Origin: a bacterium
GTDB lineage: Bacteria; JAAXHH01
Assembly: GCA_963665755.1 (NCBI GenBank)
Contig: OY762445.1
Coordinates: 2,214,590-2,278,589 of the forward strand
DNA length: 64,000 nucleotides
Reading direction: 5' to 3'
The notes beneath the pieces are model-generated. The model saw nothing but the letters and a program-made list of their open reading frames with translations, had not been told where the DNA came from and made no database searches. The translations under genes were made by a program, and so were the position numbers. Below are positions 46,100-55,356 of this stretch, in pieces (positions within the stretch are counted from its first letter, which is position 1; each line of letters begins with the position of its first letter).

Positions 46100-48232
46100 A
46101 TGAACTCAATACCGGAAGAATCCTCTAATCGTCCTTGCTGGTTTGTAGGTGCAAGTTACAATAGGTCCGAAGACCAAACCGAACGGTTCCTCCAGGAAGG
46201 AATTTGGGAAAACGACTTCGACGTCGATCATCCAGCCGTCGAAATGACCAAGTCAATGAAAACAGGAGACCGTATTGCGATAAAGGCAACCTACGTTCGT
46301 AGAAAGGCGTTGCCGTTTGAAAATAACGGACGGCCCGTGTCAGTTATGGCAATCAAAGCCATTGGTATAGTTGTAGAAAATGCTGGCGATGGTCATACTG
46401 TCAGGGTCGACTGGACACGAGTCGATCCCATACGTGAATGGTATTTAAACACCTATATACGTACAGTTTGGAAGGTGACGCCAGGAAGCGACTGGTACGC
46501 CGATGCCTTGATAGGGTTTGCATTCGAGAACAAAAAACAGGACATCGATCGGTTCTTGAAGATTGACTACTGGGGAAAGAGATACATAGACGATTCACCC
46601 GGGAAACAACGATACGCCTGGACTAGTTTCTATGAGTCTTTCGCGGATCAGTTACTCACATTTAAAGATAAGCGTGCCGATCTAATCGATAGGATACATG
46701 CCGTCGCTACCAAAGAAAACTCAATGTACTTAGTGCAAGATCTATTTTCTGATGGTACGTCCGGACCACTTAATGACATTTGCCCGTTTACGACCATGGC
46801 TATGTTCAACAGGGGAATAACGGATTCTAACAGGTATTTGGTAGCTTCAGAATTGGCTAACCAACTAGGCGTGTCTGAGTCGGTACCGGATAAATTCGAA
46901 GGCATCCCAGTAGTAGACAATCGCAGCTCCTGGTTTTTCAACTACGAAAAAGACAGGAAGTCAGACGCTATTGATGTTCTCTGGAACGTTTTCTTCTGTG
47001 CCATGTCCTTTTCCGACTCCGTTTCGGAGAATCCCGACACGCGATCTGCTTTCATCTCCGCCTATGAATCCGCTATAAAACTACCTAATGTTGGTTGGAA
47101 ACTATCATTTGGTCTGTATTGGATTCGGCCTTGGTCTTTTCCTTCCCTCGACACTCTGGCTCGGGATTTCATAGAAAAAGAACTTGATACTGTAATTGGC
47201 CTTAACGGCCCAAAGAACCGATGCAACGCAGATGACTATCTAAACGTCCGAGATGCTTTAGATGCCAAGTTCAAGGAAGAGGGCTGCCCTGTAAATTCTT
47301 TTCCGCAACTCGCCTATGAGGTCTGGATGAACAAGGTGGGCCCCACTACATATACGTTAAACAACATTGTAAAGGAAGGTTGCTTCATCGAAAGAAGCAA
47401 ACTCGAGTCGATACTCGACAGTCTTCGTACTGAAAAAAACCTCATTCTTCAGGGTCCGCCTGGTACAGGGAAGACATGGCTTGCCAGAAAGTTAGCCTTC
47501 GCCTTGATCGGTCAGCGAGATGAAAGCAAGGTACGCATGGTACAATTCCATCCCAATCTTTCATACGAAGATTTCGTGCGTGGGTGGCGACCGGCAGGAG
47601 ATGGTAGACTCACACTAGTTGATGGACCTTTCATTGGCATTAGGGATGCGGCAGAAAAAGATCCCAATTCTCCGTATGTCCTGGTTATCGAAGAGATCAA
47701 TAGGGGAAACCCCGCGCAGATTTTCGGTGAAATGCTGACTTTGTTGGAGGCCGACAAACGAACGCCTGACGAGGCGTTGGAATTGGTTTATCCGAGGACA
47801 TCGAACGAGCGTTTTTTTATTCCTAACAATCTATTTGTAATCGGAACAATGAATATCGCCGACCGGTCACTGGCACTCGTAGACCTGGCGCTGCGCCGGC
47901 GGTTTGCCTTTATCGATCTTGAACCCACCCTTGGCGAGCCCTGGCGAGACTGGGTCCATTCGAAAAACGGAATTCCAAAAGAAACGCTCGTCGAGATTGA
48001 GAATCGTATTGTAGACCTTAACCAAACGATTTCCAAGGACACTAGTCTCGGACCGCAGTTTCGCTTGGGACACAGCTACGTTACACCTAAATTCGCAAAC
48101 CCGATTGACGATGGTAAGATGTGGTACCGGAAGGTTGTCGGTACGAAGATCGGACCGCTGCTCGACGAATACTGGTTTGAAGACTTGGAGTCATCAAAGA
48201 AGGCAATACAAAAGCTACTGGAAGGGTTTTGA
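46100..48232 (+). CDS. mcrB: McrB-family GTPase (type IV restriction AAA+ motor) with an unusually long N-terminal DNA-reader region of about 450 aa
   Basis: AAA+/GTPase motifs of McrB are present: GPPGTGKT (Walker A), LVIEEINRGNPAQIFGE (McrB signature), FVIGTMN and the arginine finger region. The N-terminus is an uncharacterised reader region (see finding). GGAG lies 9 nt upstream of the start. Confidence 0.85.
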   Translation: MNSIPEESSNRPCWFVGASYNRSEDQTERFLQEGIWENDFDVDHPAVEMTKSMKTGDRIAIKATYVRRKALPFENNGRPVSVMAIKAIGIVVENAGDGHTVRVDWTRVDPIREWYLNTYIRTVWKVTPGSDWYADALIGFAFENKKQDIDRFLKIDYWGKRYIDDSPGKQRYAWTSFYESFADQLLTFKDKRADLIDRIHAVATKENSMYLVQDLFSDGTSGPLNDICPFTTMAMFNRGITDSNRYLVASELANQLGVSESVPDKFEGIPVVDNRSSWFFNYEKDRKSDAIDVLWNVFFCAMSFSDSVSENPDTRSAFISAYESAIKLPNVGWKLSFGLYWIRPWSFPSLDTLARDFIEKELDTVIGLNGPKNRCNADDYLNVRDALDAKFKEEGCPVNSFPQLAYEVWMNKVGPTTYTLNNIVKEGCFIERSKLESILDSLRTEKNLILQGPPGTGKTWLARKLAFALIGQRDESKVRMVQFHPNLSYEDFVRGWRPAGDGRLTLVDGPFIGIRDAAEKDPNSPYVLVIEEINRGNPAQIFGEMLTLLEADKRTPDEALELVYPRTSNERFFIPNNLFVIGTMNIADRSLALVDLALRRRFAFIDLEPTLGEPWRDWVHSKNGIPKETLVEIENRIVDLNQTISKDTSLGPQFRLGHSYVTPKFANPIDDGKMWYRKVVGTKIGPLLDEYWFEDLESSKKAIQKLLEGF

Positions 48233-49353
48233 GGGTGAACAGGGCGGTTGAGAGCGCTGTTTCTGAGACGACCGAGAACGTCGGCCATATCGGTCGTATC
48301 CCCGTTCGAAATCTGTGGCTGCTCATGCTATACGCCTCCGATCTTTTCAGGCAACTTGATGTATCCGAAGACCGTTCCTTCGAAGATAATCCAGATAACC
48401 TACCCGATCTGGTTGCCGAGATCCTCGCCCATGAAGTCGAGCGTCGATTAAGGCGGAATCTGAGTTACGGTTACCGGTACCGTCACGAAGTGCTCGGACG
48501 GGTTCGCGGACGTATCGACCTTCTCCAAACCGAGGCTCATCAATTACTTCAACGGGGCATGGTTGCCTGTCGATTCGACGAACTGACGATCGACACACCC
48601 AGGAACAGGTACGTTCGATCCGCCCTCGAAATGATATCTAGATTCGTTCGAAGGAATGACCTGGCTCACCGGTGCCGATCTCTCGTTGGTAGCCTGAGGC
48701 GCCAGGGCGTCGTTGGCGAGCGGCCGGGGCGCGAGGAGACTTCAGTCGAACGTTACGGTAGACACGATGCCGTTGACCGAAAGATGGTGGACGCTGCTCG
48801 ACTCGCTTTCGAAATGGCCATTCCGACTGAGCAGACCGGTTCCAGACACCTTCCGTTACCCGATCGCGAGATCAACTGGATACGCAGGCTCTATGAGAAA
48901 GGCGTTGCAGGATTCTATGATGTGGTACTTTCCAGAAGGGGATGGAAGGTGTATACGGGAACGATTCTCAGATGGTCCACGAAAGACAGTAGTCCGCGAA
49001 TAGACCAGATACTCCCCACCATGCGTACCGATATCGTGTTGGACCACATGGATGACAATCACCGTATCGTTATCGACACGAAATTCAACTCGGTATTGTC
49101 GAAAGGTTGGTATCGGAATGAAGGGATTCGAAGCGGTTACATGTACCAGATCTACGCCTACCTGAGATCTCAGGAAGAGAGTGGCAATCCGCTTGATTTA
49201 CATGCAGAGGGCATTTTTCTTCATCCGTCGGTTGGCGAGAAGTTCAACGAGTGGGTAGAGATTCAGGGACATAGAATCCGGTTTACCACCGTGGATCTCA
49301 GTGCGGATGCGAAGACCATTCGATCTCAGTTGTTGGATGCGGTGGGACTTTAA
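48229..49353 (+). CDS. mcrC: McrC-family nuclease subunit (PD-D/ExK)
   Basis: It follows McrB with a 4-nt overlap (TTG or GTG start). The C-terminal nuclease motif is ...TMRTDIVLDH...IVIDTKFN (D...D-x-K). Confidence 0.8.
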   Translation: MRVNRAVESAVSETTENVGHIGRIPVRNLWLLMLYASDLFRQLDVSEDRSFEDNPDNLPDLVAEILAHEVERRLRRNLSYGYRYRHEVLGRVRGRIDLLQTEAHQLLQRGMVACRFDELTIDTPRNRYVRSALEMISRFVRRNDLAHRCRSLVGSLRRQGVVGERPGREETSVERYGRHDAVDRKMVDAARLAFEMAIPTEQTGSRHLPLPDREINWIRRLYEKGVAGFYDVVLSRRGWKVYTGTILRWSTKDSSPRIDQILPTMRTDIVLDHMDDNHRIVIDTKFNSVLSKGWYRNEGIRSGYMYQIYAYLRSQEESGNPLDLHAEGIFLHPSVGEKFNEWVEIQGHRIRFTTVDLSADAKTIRSQLLDAVGL

Positions 49354-49444
49354 ACAGGCATTGCGCCCTTCATGTTTGTTAAACCTGCCCATTTCCCGCA
49401 TCCGATTGGTGCCATCGGTAGCTTCGGGTATCTCAGGAATAGAC

Positions 49445-50371
49445 TCACCCCACCTTCCTGAAGACCTCAAAACGACGGTCCAACCGGTCCTGGTCCGGAT
49501 GGTCACGGGTGCGTGAAGGCAGGTGCAGCCCCGATCCGTCCAGTTGCTTGAGGGCCTGGAGCAGGGGACCGTCATCCTGATCCAGCAGGCGGTCGGATAC
49601 GTGCAGCCGGTAGTCGGGGTCAATACCGATCAGGTGGGCGTCAAAGGCCGCGTGATGGATCTTGGACAGGGCCAGGCCGTTCGGAACGACGGGTTGCCCG
49701 AGGGCTTCGTCACCATCCGCGATGATGTGGGCGGCATCCAGTAACTGTGTTTCTGGCAGGCCGGTAATGGCACAGCGGCGTCCGTAAGCGTAAAGTACCG
49801 CTTCGCGGAACGTGGCTTGATGGAGTCGTTCCTTGACCATGCGCAAGGCATACCGCCGCTCTGCCGCGTTAATCGGAGCTTCCATCTCGGCCTGGTAGGG
49901 GTTCCCAAAGGCAAGCGTGGACTTAAGCGCGAATCCATCCCAATTGGAGATGAAGGTGGGAATGATCGCCTGGTACCGGCCGGGAGACACGCCGAGAAAG
50001 TAGATCACGGGAATCTGTTTCTCACAGGCAACCTTAAGCCACTGGTTGTCAGCTGCTTCCGGGTCCTGTCCCATGAAGGCGTAGTCCACGGTATCGTTGC
50101 CCGCGAAAATCTGGCTGTGGACCTGCCTTTGGTCGTCGTACCAGACTCGGCCACCCGATCTGGGGTACACGGTCCTGATCGAGAGTAGGTAACGCATCCG
50201 GCGCGGCTTGAATATGCCCCGCTGCGGATTGACCAGGGGGATCCTTTCGCCTTCGAATACGAACCCCGGCGCCAGTTCGTCCCTCGTAAGGTGGCCGTGG
50301 GTGTCACTCAGCCGCCGCACGTGATCGAAAGCGGCCATCCGTATACTCGAATCTTGGTCGTCGACGTTCAT
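49445..50371 (-). CDS. SRA-HNH type IV (5-methylcytosine-directed) restriction endonuclease candidate
   Basis: The N-terminal domain matches the SRA/YDG-domain pattern (GFVFEGERIPLV...RGIFKP...SIRTVYPRSGGRVWYDD). The C-terminal HNH_2 motif is present (AYGRRCAITG...LDAAHII...NGLALSKIHHAAFD). Confidence 0.65.
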   Translation of the reverse strand: MNVDDQDSSIRMAAFDHVRRLSDTHGHLTRDELAPGFVFEGERIPLVNPQRGIFKPRRMRYLLSIRTVYPRSGGRVWYDDQRQVHSQIFAGNDTVDYAFMGQDPEAADNQWLKVACEKQIPVIYFLGVSPGRYQAIIPTFISNWDGFALKSTLAFGNPYQAEMEAPINAAERRYALRMVKERLHQATFREAVLYAYGRRCAITGLPETQLLDAAHIIADGDEALGQPVVPNGLALSKIHHAAFDAHLIGIDPDYRLHVSDRLLDQDDGPLLQALKQLDGSGLHLPSRTRDHPDQDRLDRRFEVFRKVG

Positions 50372-50380
50372 TTCGGTCCT

Positions 50381-50821
50381 TTACCCCCGGTAAATCCTCG
50401 CATTGTGCCAGGATAGTACTTCGGTGGACGGCTGGTCCACAGCATTCCTGGGAACGACAATCTGATTCCCGTGCAAAGCGTAGTAATCGCGCCCGTTCTC
50501 GAACTCCTCCCGGACCTGTCCGCTGACCTCGAAGTGCAGATCCGGGGTCACCGTTACATATCCGGAATCGAACAGCCCGTGGATGTCGCGCCTCAGCAGC
50601 ATTCCGTTCCTGGCTTCGTGGATGCCCCCTTCGCTGTAGGACCGTATGTGCGCGGCGTCGAGGGCAGGCAGCGTCCGTTCGCGGGTAACTGCGCAACGGC
50701 GGTCGTAAAGGTCGGTTACCAGGGCCCTGAAAGCACCTTGGCCGAGACGCGGCTTTACCAGTTGTGGCTTGCCAAAAAGAGTTTGCCCGGCCTGGAGGTC
50801 TTCGGAATCACGGAACGAAGT
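50381..50821 (-). pseudogene. decayed paralogue of the adjacent HNH endonuclease. The HNH_2 domain is retained while the N-terminal reader domain is lost.
   Basis: The reverse-frame translation is open from a TGA at 50822-50824 down to 50381. It reads ...QGAFRALVTDLYDRRCAVTRERTLPALDAAHIRSYSEGGIHEARNGMLLRRDIHGLFDSGYVTVTPDL. The only Met (50602) lies inside the HNH motif. AT-rich non-coding DNA lies upstream. Confidence 0.6.
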
Positions 50822-51144
50822 TCAGGATCGCCCCAGAGGATGTTTGCAGGGTCTATCTCAAAAAATCCCGCTTTGTTGCATCAAGTATATAATTCCCTTA
50901 AAATAAAAGACGGCTACCATGGCAGGTCAAGTGCCGCCTGCGTAATGGAGATTTTTGACGTTTGGAACACCGAGCGAGTGCTTCCAGATTGCCTTGACCA
51001 AATGTACCGTTTAGTTTACTGAACGTTGGCACAATTGAACTTAGAAGTTACCATGGAATTCGAGCGAGGTTGTGAATGGACCGATACATATATTATGTTG
51101 CGAAGTTGTATTCATATATCGGAAATAGTACATAGGGGATTTGT

Positions 51145-51342
51145 GTGGTGAACAGTAACTCAAAAGACAAAAATGAACGGCGACCGCGTAAACGAAGCGC
51201 CAAACATGACAACTCGGTTGAAGGAAACCAACCGCGAGCCAACCTGGCAGAAGCGATACGCACCCGTTTTGCTCCATTGGGTGACGTTGAACTGGAGCTG
51301 CCACCACGCGAACCCATGCGCGAACCGCCCGATTTCGAGTAA
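51145..51342 (+). pseudogene. remnant of a FitA/VapB-type (RHH) antitoxin gene. The C-terminal half is conserved, the N-terminal RHH is absent and there is no cognate toxin gene.
   Basis: The C-terminus ...NLAEAIRTRFAPLGDVELELPPREPMREPPDFE matches the conserved tail of FitA/VapB-like antitoxins. The first 30 residues (GTG start, Lys/Arg-rich) are unrelated to an RHH. No PIN-domain ORF follows. Confidence 0.4.
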
Positions 51343-51466
51343 TGAGAACGCATTAACGCTTACCGGGACCTGTGGCTTGCGAAATCGCATATAGTTCGAC
51401 AGCATTGACTTTACCGGTAAATCAGTATCTTCGCATCCACATCCCCAACCTCACAAAGGACACCCC

Positions 51467-52861
51467 ATGCCCCCGATCGACATCGGTTCACGCCGCGAAC
51501 TGTTCGTCGACCGATACCTCGTCGACACCCTAACAGACGCCCACCAACACCTCCACGACCCCGTTCTGAAGGAGACGGTATTCCGCGTAGAGGAACCCCT
51601 GGAGAACGCCTGTACGGGTTGCTACAACCTGGTTCAGGCCGACGGTAAGATCCTGGTGTATTACCGCGGCTATCATCCCACGGGCAAACACGAGGATCTG
51701 CCCGAGGGTTGGGCGGAAACCCAGACGACAAACCTGCTGGTCAGCGATGACGGCATACACTTCGAACGGCCGAGCCTGGGGATGGTGGAAGCGGAGGGCT
51801 CGAAGCAGAACAACATCCTCGTCCGGGGCCGCGAGGCACACAACTTCTGCGTCTTCCTGGACGGCAATCCGGAAACCGCGCCCGATCAGCGTTTCAAGGC
51901 CGTCGGTGGGGAAGGCAGGGACAGTCTCTTCGGTTTCACTTCATCCGACGGATTGACCTGGAAACCGGTGCAGGACGGTCCCCTCGCTATCACGGGCGCC
52001 TTCGACTCGGTGAACGTGCCCCTGTGGGATAGCTACGCGGGTTGCTACCGCCTATTCAGCCGGTATTTCGAGCAGACGGGGAACGACGGCGTCGGGGTCC
52101 GCGCCATTCAGAGCTGCACCTCGGAGGATTTCATCCACTGGACCACGCCCGAACACCACGTGTACGGCGAAGGCGTCCCGTTCGAGCACTTCTACACCAA
52201 CGCCACCACGCCATGTCCGGGCGCGGAACACATCCTGCTGTCCTTTCCCATGCGTTTCGTGCCGGAACGGACGAAGGACATCGAGGGCATGGATTACCCC
52301 GGGGGCGGGGTGTCCGACGCGGTGTTCATGTCGAGCCGGGACGGCGTCCATTGGGACCGGAGCTTCATGGACGCCTGGCTGCGCCCGGGCCTGGAAAAGC
52401 GCAACTGGACGCACCGCAACCAAACGCCGGCCGCGGGGATCGTTCCGACGGCTCCGGACGAATGGTCGATGTACGTTGCCGAGCATTACGGCTGGGACAC
52501 CAACGGCGTGCGGCGGGTGACCGTCCGCCCCCACGGTTTCGCTTCCGTCCGGGCAGGATACCACGGGGGCGAGCTGCTCACGAAACCTGTGACCTTCACC
52601 GGATCGACGCTGTTTATCAACTACTCGGCGTCCGCCGTGGGCGCCGTGTCCGTCGAGATCCAGGATTCGGAAGGAAGGGCCGTCGAAGGTTTCGCCGCGG
52701 AGGACATGGATCCCCTGTTCGGCGACGACCTGGACGCCCCGATTACGTGGAAGGGCTCCGACGGTCTGAATGGCCTGAACCGGCTGAACGGGGTACCCGT
52801 CCGCCTGCGGTTCATCCTGAAGGACGCCGATCTCTTCTCGATCCGTTTCGGAGAATCCTGA
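51467..52861 (+). CDS. hypothetical protein, possibly a beta-propeller/beta-sandwich glycoside-hydrolase-like enzyme. High-GC host-type composition resumes here.
   Basis: A 464-aa ORF rich in Trp/Asp/Gly with repeated 'DGxxW' and 'SxDGxxW' motifs (SSDGLTWKP, SRDGVHWD) reminiscent of BNR/propeller hydrolases. No family could be assigned by eye. Confidence 0.4.
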   Translation: MPPIDIGSRRELFVDRYLVDTLTDAHQHLHDPVLKETVFRVEEPLENACTGCYNLVQADGKILVYYRGYHPTGKHEDLPEGWAETQTTNLLVSDDGIHFERPSLGMVEAEGSKQNNILVRGREAHNFCVFLDGNPETAPDQRFKAVGGEGRDSLFGFTSSDGLTWKPVQDGPLAITGAFDSVNVPLWDSYAGCYRLFSRYFEQTGNDGVGVRAIQSCTSEDFIHWTTPEHHVYGEGVPFEHFYTNATTPCPGAEHILLSFPMRFVPERTKDIEGMDYPGGGVSDAVFMSSRDGVHWDRSFMDAWLRPGLEKRNWTHRNQTPAAGIVPTAPDEWSMYVAEHYGWDTNGVRRVTVRPHGFASVRAGYHGGELLTKPVTFTGSTLFINYSASAVGAVSVEIQDSEGRAVEGFAAEDMDPLFGDDLDAPITWKGSDGLNGLNRLNGVPVRLRFILKDADLFSIRFGES

Positions 52862-52969
52862 GAAGAATCCTGAGAAGATCAGACCCCGGAATTATCCCAT
52901 CGACGTTCCGTGTTAAAAGGATAGCTTTGATGAGGATTGAGAAACGGGGCCCAGCGACTTCCGGCTCTC

Positions 52970-53707
52970 CTATGCAGCCTTCGGCCTTAATTTCCGGTAA
53001 ATCACCGGAGTCAGGGAAATGGTGATCAGCAGGGCAAAGGCGATGCCCAGGTTGGTCAGCGCCGAAGACCTTAGCGCGTCGCGCGCCACGTCGTCGAGTT
53101 CGGCGCCGGCCATGTAGACCTGCATCAGCGACGCCGCGGTGTATGCGTAGATGAAAGTGGAAGGCGTGATGCCGATCATCGTCCCCAGTACGTAGTGTAT
53201 CTTGCGGATTCCGGAAAGCCCGGCGGCAAAGTTGAGTAGATTGAATGGGATCAATGGGATCAGCCGAAGCTGGAGCATGCGCAGGAAACCCTGGTTCCGC
53301 AGCTGGCGGTCGATCCGGTCGATCGGACCCCTGATATAGCGGGAGATGAAATCGCGGCCCAGGTACCGGGCCAGGTCGAAGGCCAGGTTGGCGCCTATGT
53401 TCGCGCCGACCAGCACGTAAAGCGTGCCCCACATAGCGCCGAAAGTGAACCCGGCGACAAAGGTCATGACCACCATCGGCGCGCCCACCGTCGTGAGGAT
53501 CGCGTACAGGGCGATAAATACCAGGGGTGCCCACCAGTAGCCCGCGATGGAATCGAAGAATCCCTCCATCGCATTGGGCTGGAGATACGCTCCCAGGGGG
53601 GTGAAGCTGTATACCAGAAAGCCGGAAAAGGCGATCGCCAGCAGGATGGCCAGTTTGACGAGCGAACGCTTCCGGCTCGTTCCCTCGCCGGGGCCTACCT
53701 GCCGCAT
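52970..53707 (-). CDS. TVP38/TMEM64 (DedA/SNARE-associated) family membrane protein
   Basis: Polytopic membrane protein. The characteristic 'GxxxG...R(Y/F)LGRD(F/I)' motif is ARYLGRDFISRY, and 'LRLIPLIPFNLLNFAAGLSGI' is also present. Confidence 0.8.
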   Translation of the reverse strand: MRQVGPGEGTSRKRSLVKLAILLAIAFSGFLVYSFTPLGAYLQPNAMEGFFDSIAGYWWAPLVFIALYAILTTVGAPMVVMTFVAGFTFGAMWGTLYVLVGANIGANLAFDLARYLGRDFISRYIRGPIDRIDRQLRNQGFLRMLQLRLIPLIPFNLLNFAAGLSGIRKIHYVLGTMIGITPSTFIYAYTAASLMQVYMAGAELDDVARDALRSSALTNLGIAFALLITISLTPVIYRKLRPKAA

Positions 53708-53822
53708 GGCGTGTTCGATTTCTTCATGGATCCATTCCGTTCGGAGCGTTGGCAGTCAGCTCGGACCATTTGCACTCGGCCCGGTGTGTCGGCAGTCAGC
53801 GCTTTAACTATGATCGACCGCT

Positions 53823-54608
53823 TTACTCCGCGCGCTGCTCGTTGATGCCCCAGTCATAATGCAGGTAGTCGACGTCCACGTCTTTCCGCTTCAGCAACGC
53901 ACGCGCCGCATCATCCGGCACGTAGGGCGCGATGTACGCCAGGACTTCCTGCTGGTTCTTCCCGAAGTCGTCCTCGTACCAGTCCATGATCGGCGACAGC
54001 CAGACGGTGTTATCCTCCGGGTCGGCTCGGAACTTACCGGGATCGGCGAAAAAGACAAGGGTATTTGCCCTCAGCTGCCGGTCCATGTCGTCCGCGGTGA
54101 ACGCTTCGGTCATGAGTGGCGGGCACCCAATGGAGGCGCACACGAGGGCGAAGTGGACCAGGGGCTCGTCCATCTTGCGCAGGATATTGTGCTCGATGTC
54201 ATCCAGCGAGTATTCCCTGCCCTGGATGTCGATCTTGTAATCCTTCCAGATGCTGTACCCCAACAGGCTGACGTGATTCTTGATGCTGCTCGTGGGATAG
54301 AAGTGCAGCATCCCGCGGATCGTCAACGCGTTGTAGGTATTGATCCAGAAGGCGAAGACCTCGTTGCGGTCCTTCAGCCCACCCGGATCCACGCCCTTGA
54401 TCATCTCCAGGTAGCCGTCCAGCGTACCCACGTCGCGGGCCTTCCAGGTCCGGTAGTCGATCATACCCCGGTCATCGACGTACTTCTTCAACAATCCGTC
54501 GTACACGGAATGGTCCACTGTGCCGCCTCCCTGCGCTCCGGCGGTTCCGGTATACATGATTGCCGTCAGCGCAACGGTCATCAAGGTAATCCATTGTCTT
54601 ATTCGCAT
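53823..54608 (-). CDS. DUF547-domain secreted protein
   Basis: Signal peptide, then the DUF547 core (FWINTYNALTIRG ... ALVCASIGCPPL). Confidence 0.75.
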   Translation of the reverse strand: MRIRQWITLMTVALTAIMYTGTAGAQGGGTVDHSVYDGLLKKYVDDRGMIDYRTWKARDVGTLDGYLEMIKGVDPGGLKDRNEVFAFWINTYNALTIRGMLHFYPTSSIKNHVSLLGYSIWKDYKIDIQGREYSLDDIEHNILRKMDEPLVHFALVCASIGCPPLMTEAFTADDMDRQLRANTLVFFADPGKFRADPEDNTVWLSPIMDWYEDDFGKNQQEVLAYIAPYVPDDAARALLKRKDVDVDYLHYDWGINEQRAE

Positions 54609-54710
54609 CGTTCGCGCCCCCTATTTCCCTTGCCCGAGATGGGATTTCCTGCTATCTTTCATTCACTTCCGCAGACGTTCCACGGACCGGTTACATCCTT
54701 CCCAGGCGGT

Positions 54711-55286
54711 ATGAAACTTATGGAAACGAAATCCCGCGTCAGCATCGTCTACGTCCTCGCCGCGCTCCTGATCCTGGCCGGATTGATCTCGGCAATCGTA
54801 GGCGAAATGAGATCGCCCGAAGTGGCCGTCATATTCGATGCGGATGGCTCAATCTCTTCTAACCCCTACTCGGTCGATCTGGAATTCGCCTTGACGGACG
54901 CCGACGAGAACGAATTTACCATCGCCCAGTTCGAGGGCCAGGTCCGGGTCGTCAACTTCTGGGCCACCTGGTGCCCCCCATGCCGCGACGAAATTCCCGA
55001 CTTCCAGGCGTTCCATGAGGAGTATGAAGAAAAGGGCGTCAAGGTCATCGGCATCGCCCTCGACGAGCAAGGTGCGGAAATCGTACAGCCATTCGTCGAG
55101 GAGATGAACATGACCTACCTTTCCCTCATCGACACCACGCAGAAGGCCGCCAGGGAGTTCGGCGGGATCTACGGTATTCCGACCACCTTCATCATCGACC
55201 GGGACGGAATGGTCCAGAAGAAACACGTAGGCTACATGTCCTACGACAACCTGGAATCCGCCGTGCTGCCGCTGCTGGCGAACTAG
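54711..55286 (+). CDS. TlpA-like thiol:disulfide oxidoreductase (thioredoxin fold, WCPPC) with an N-terminal membrane anchor
   Basis: NFWATWCPPCRDEIP active site, an N-terminal TM helix, 191 aa. The long ORF 53859..55286 is rejected as an artifactual upstream extension across the convergent DUF547 gene. Confidence 0.85.
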   Translation: MKLMETKSRVSIVYVLAALLILAGLISAIVGEMRSPEVAVIFDADGSISSNPYSVDLEFALTDADENEFTIAQFEGQVRVVNFWATWCPPCRDEIPDFQAFHEEYEEKGVKVIGIALDEQGAEIVQPFVEEMNMTYLSLIDTTQKAAREFGGIYGIPTTFIIDRDGMVQKKHVGYMSYDNLESAVLPLLAN

Positions 55287-55356
55287 GTCACATACGGCCG
55301 CTGCTCCTCCGGCCGTTTCCCGTACTCGATCCGATGCTTTGCCGTGCGCGCCGAAT

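Noticed and set aside
41540-51460. Search for a tRNA gene, integrase or flanking direct repeats defining the island as an integrative element
   Set aside because: No tRNA-like cloverleaf, tyrosine/serine recombinase or matching terminal repeats could be found by eye. The island is therefore described as a defence island and not as a mobile element.
53859-55286. 475-aa plus-strand ORF spanning the DUF547 gene region and the TlpA-like gene
   Set aside because: The 5' 850 nt are antisense to a well-supported DUF547 gene. Only the 3' part from ATG 54711 encodes a recognisable protein (thioredoxin, WCPPC).
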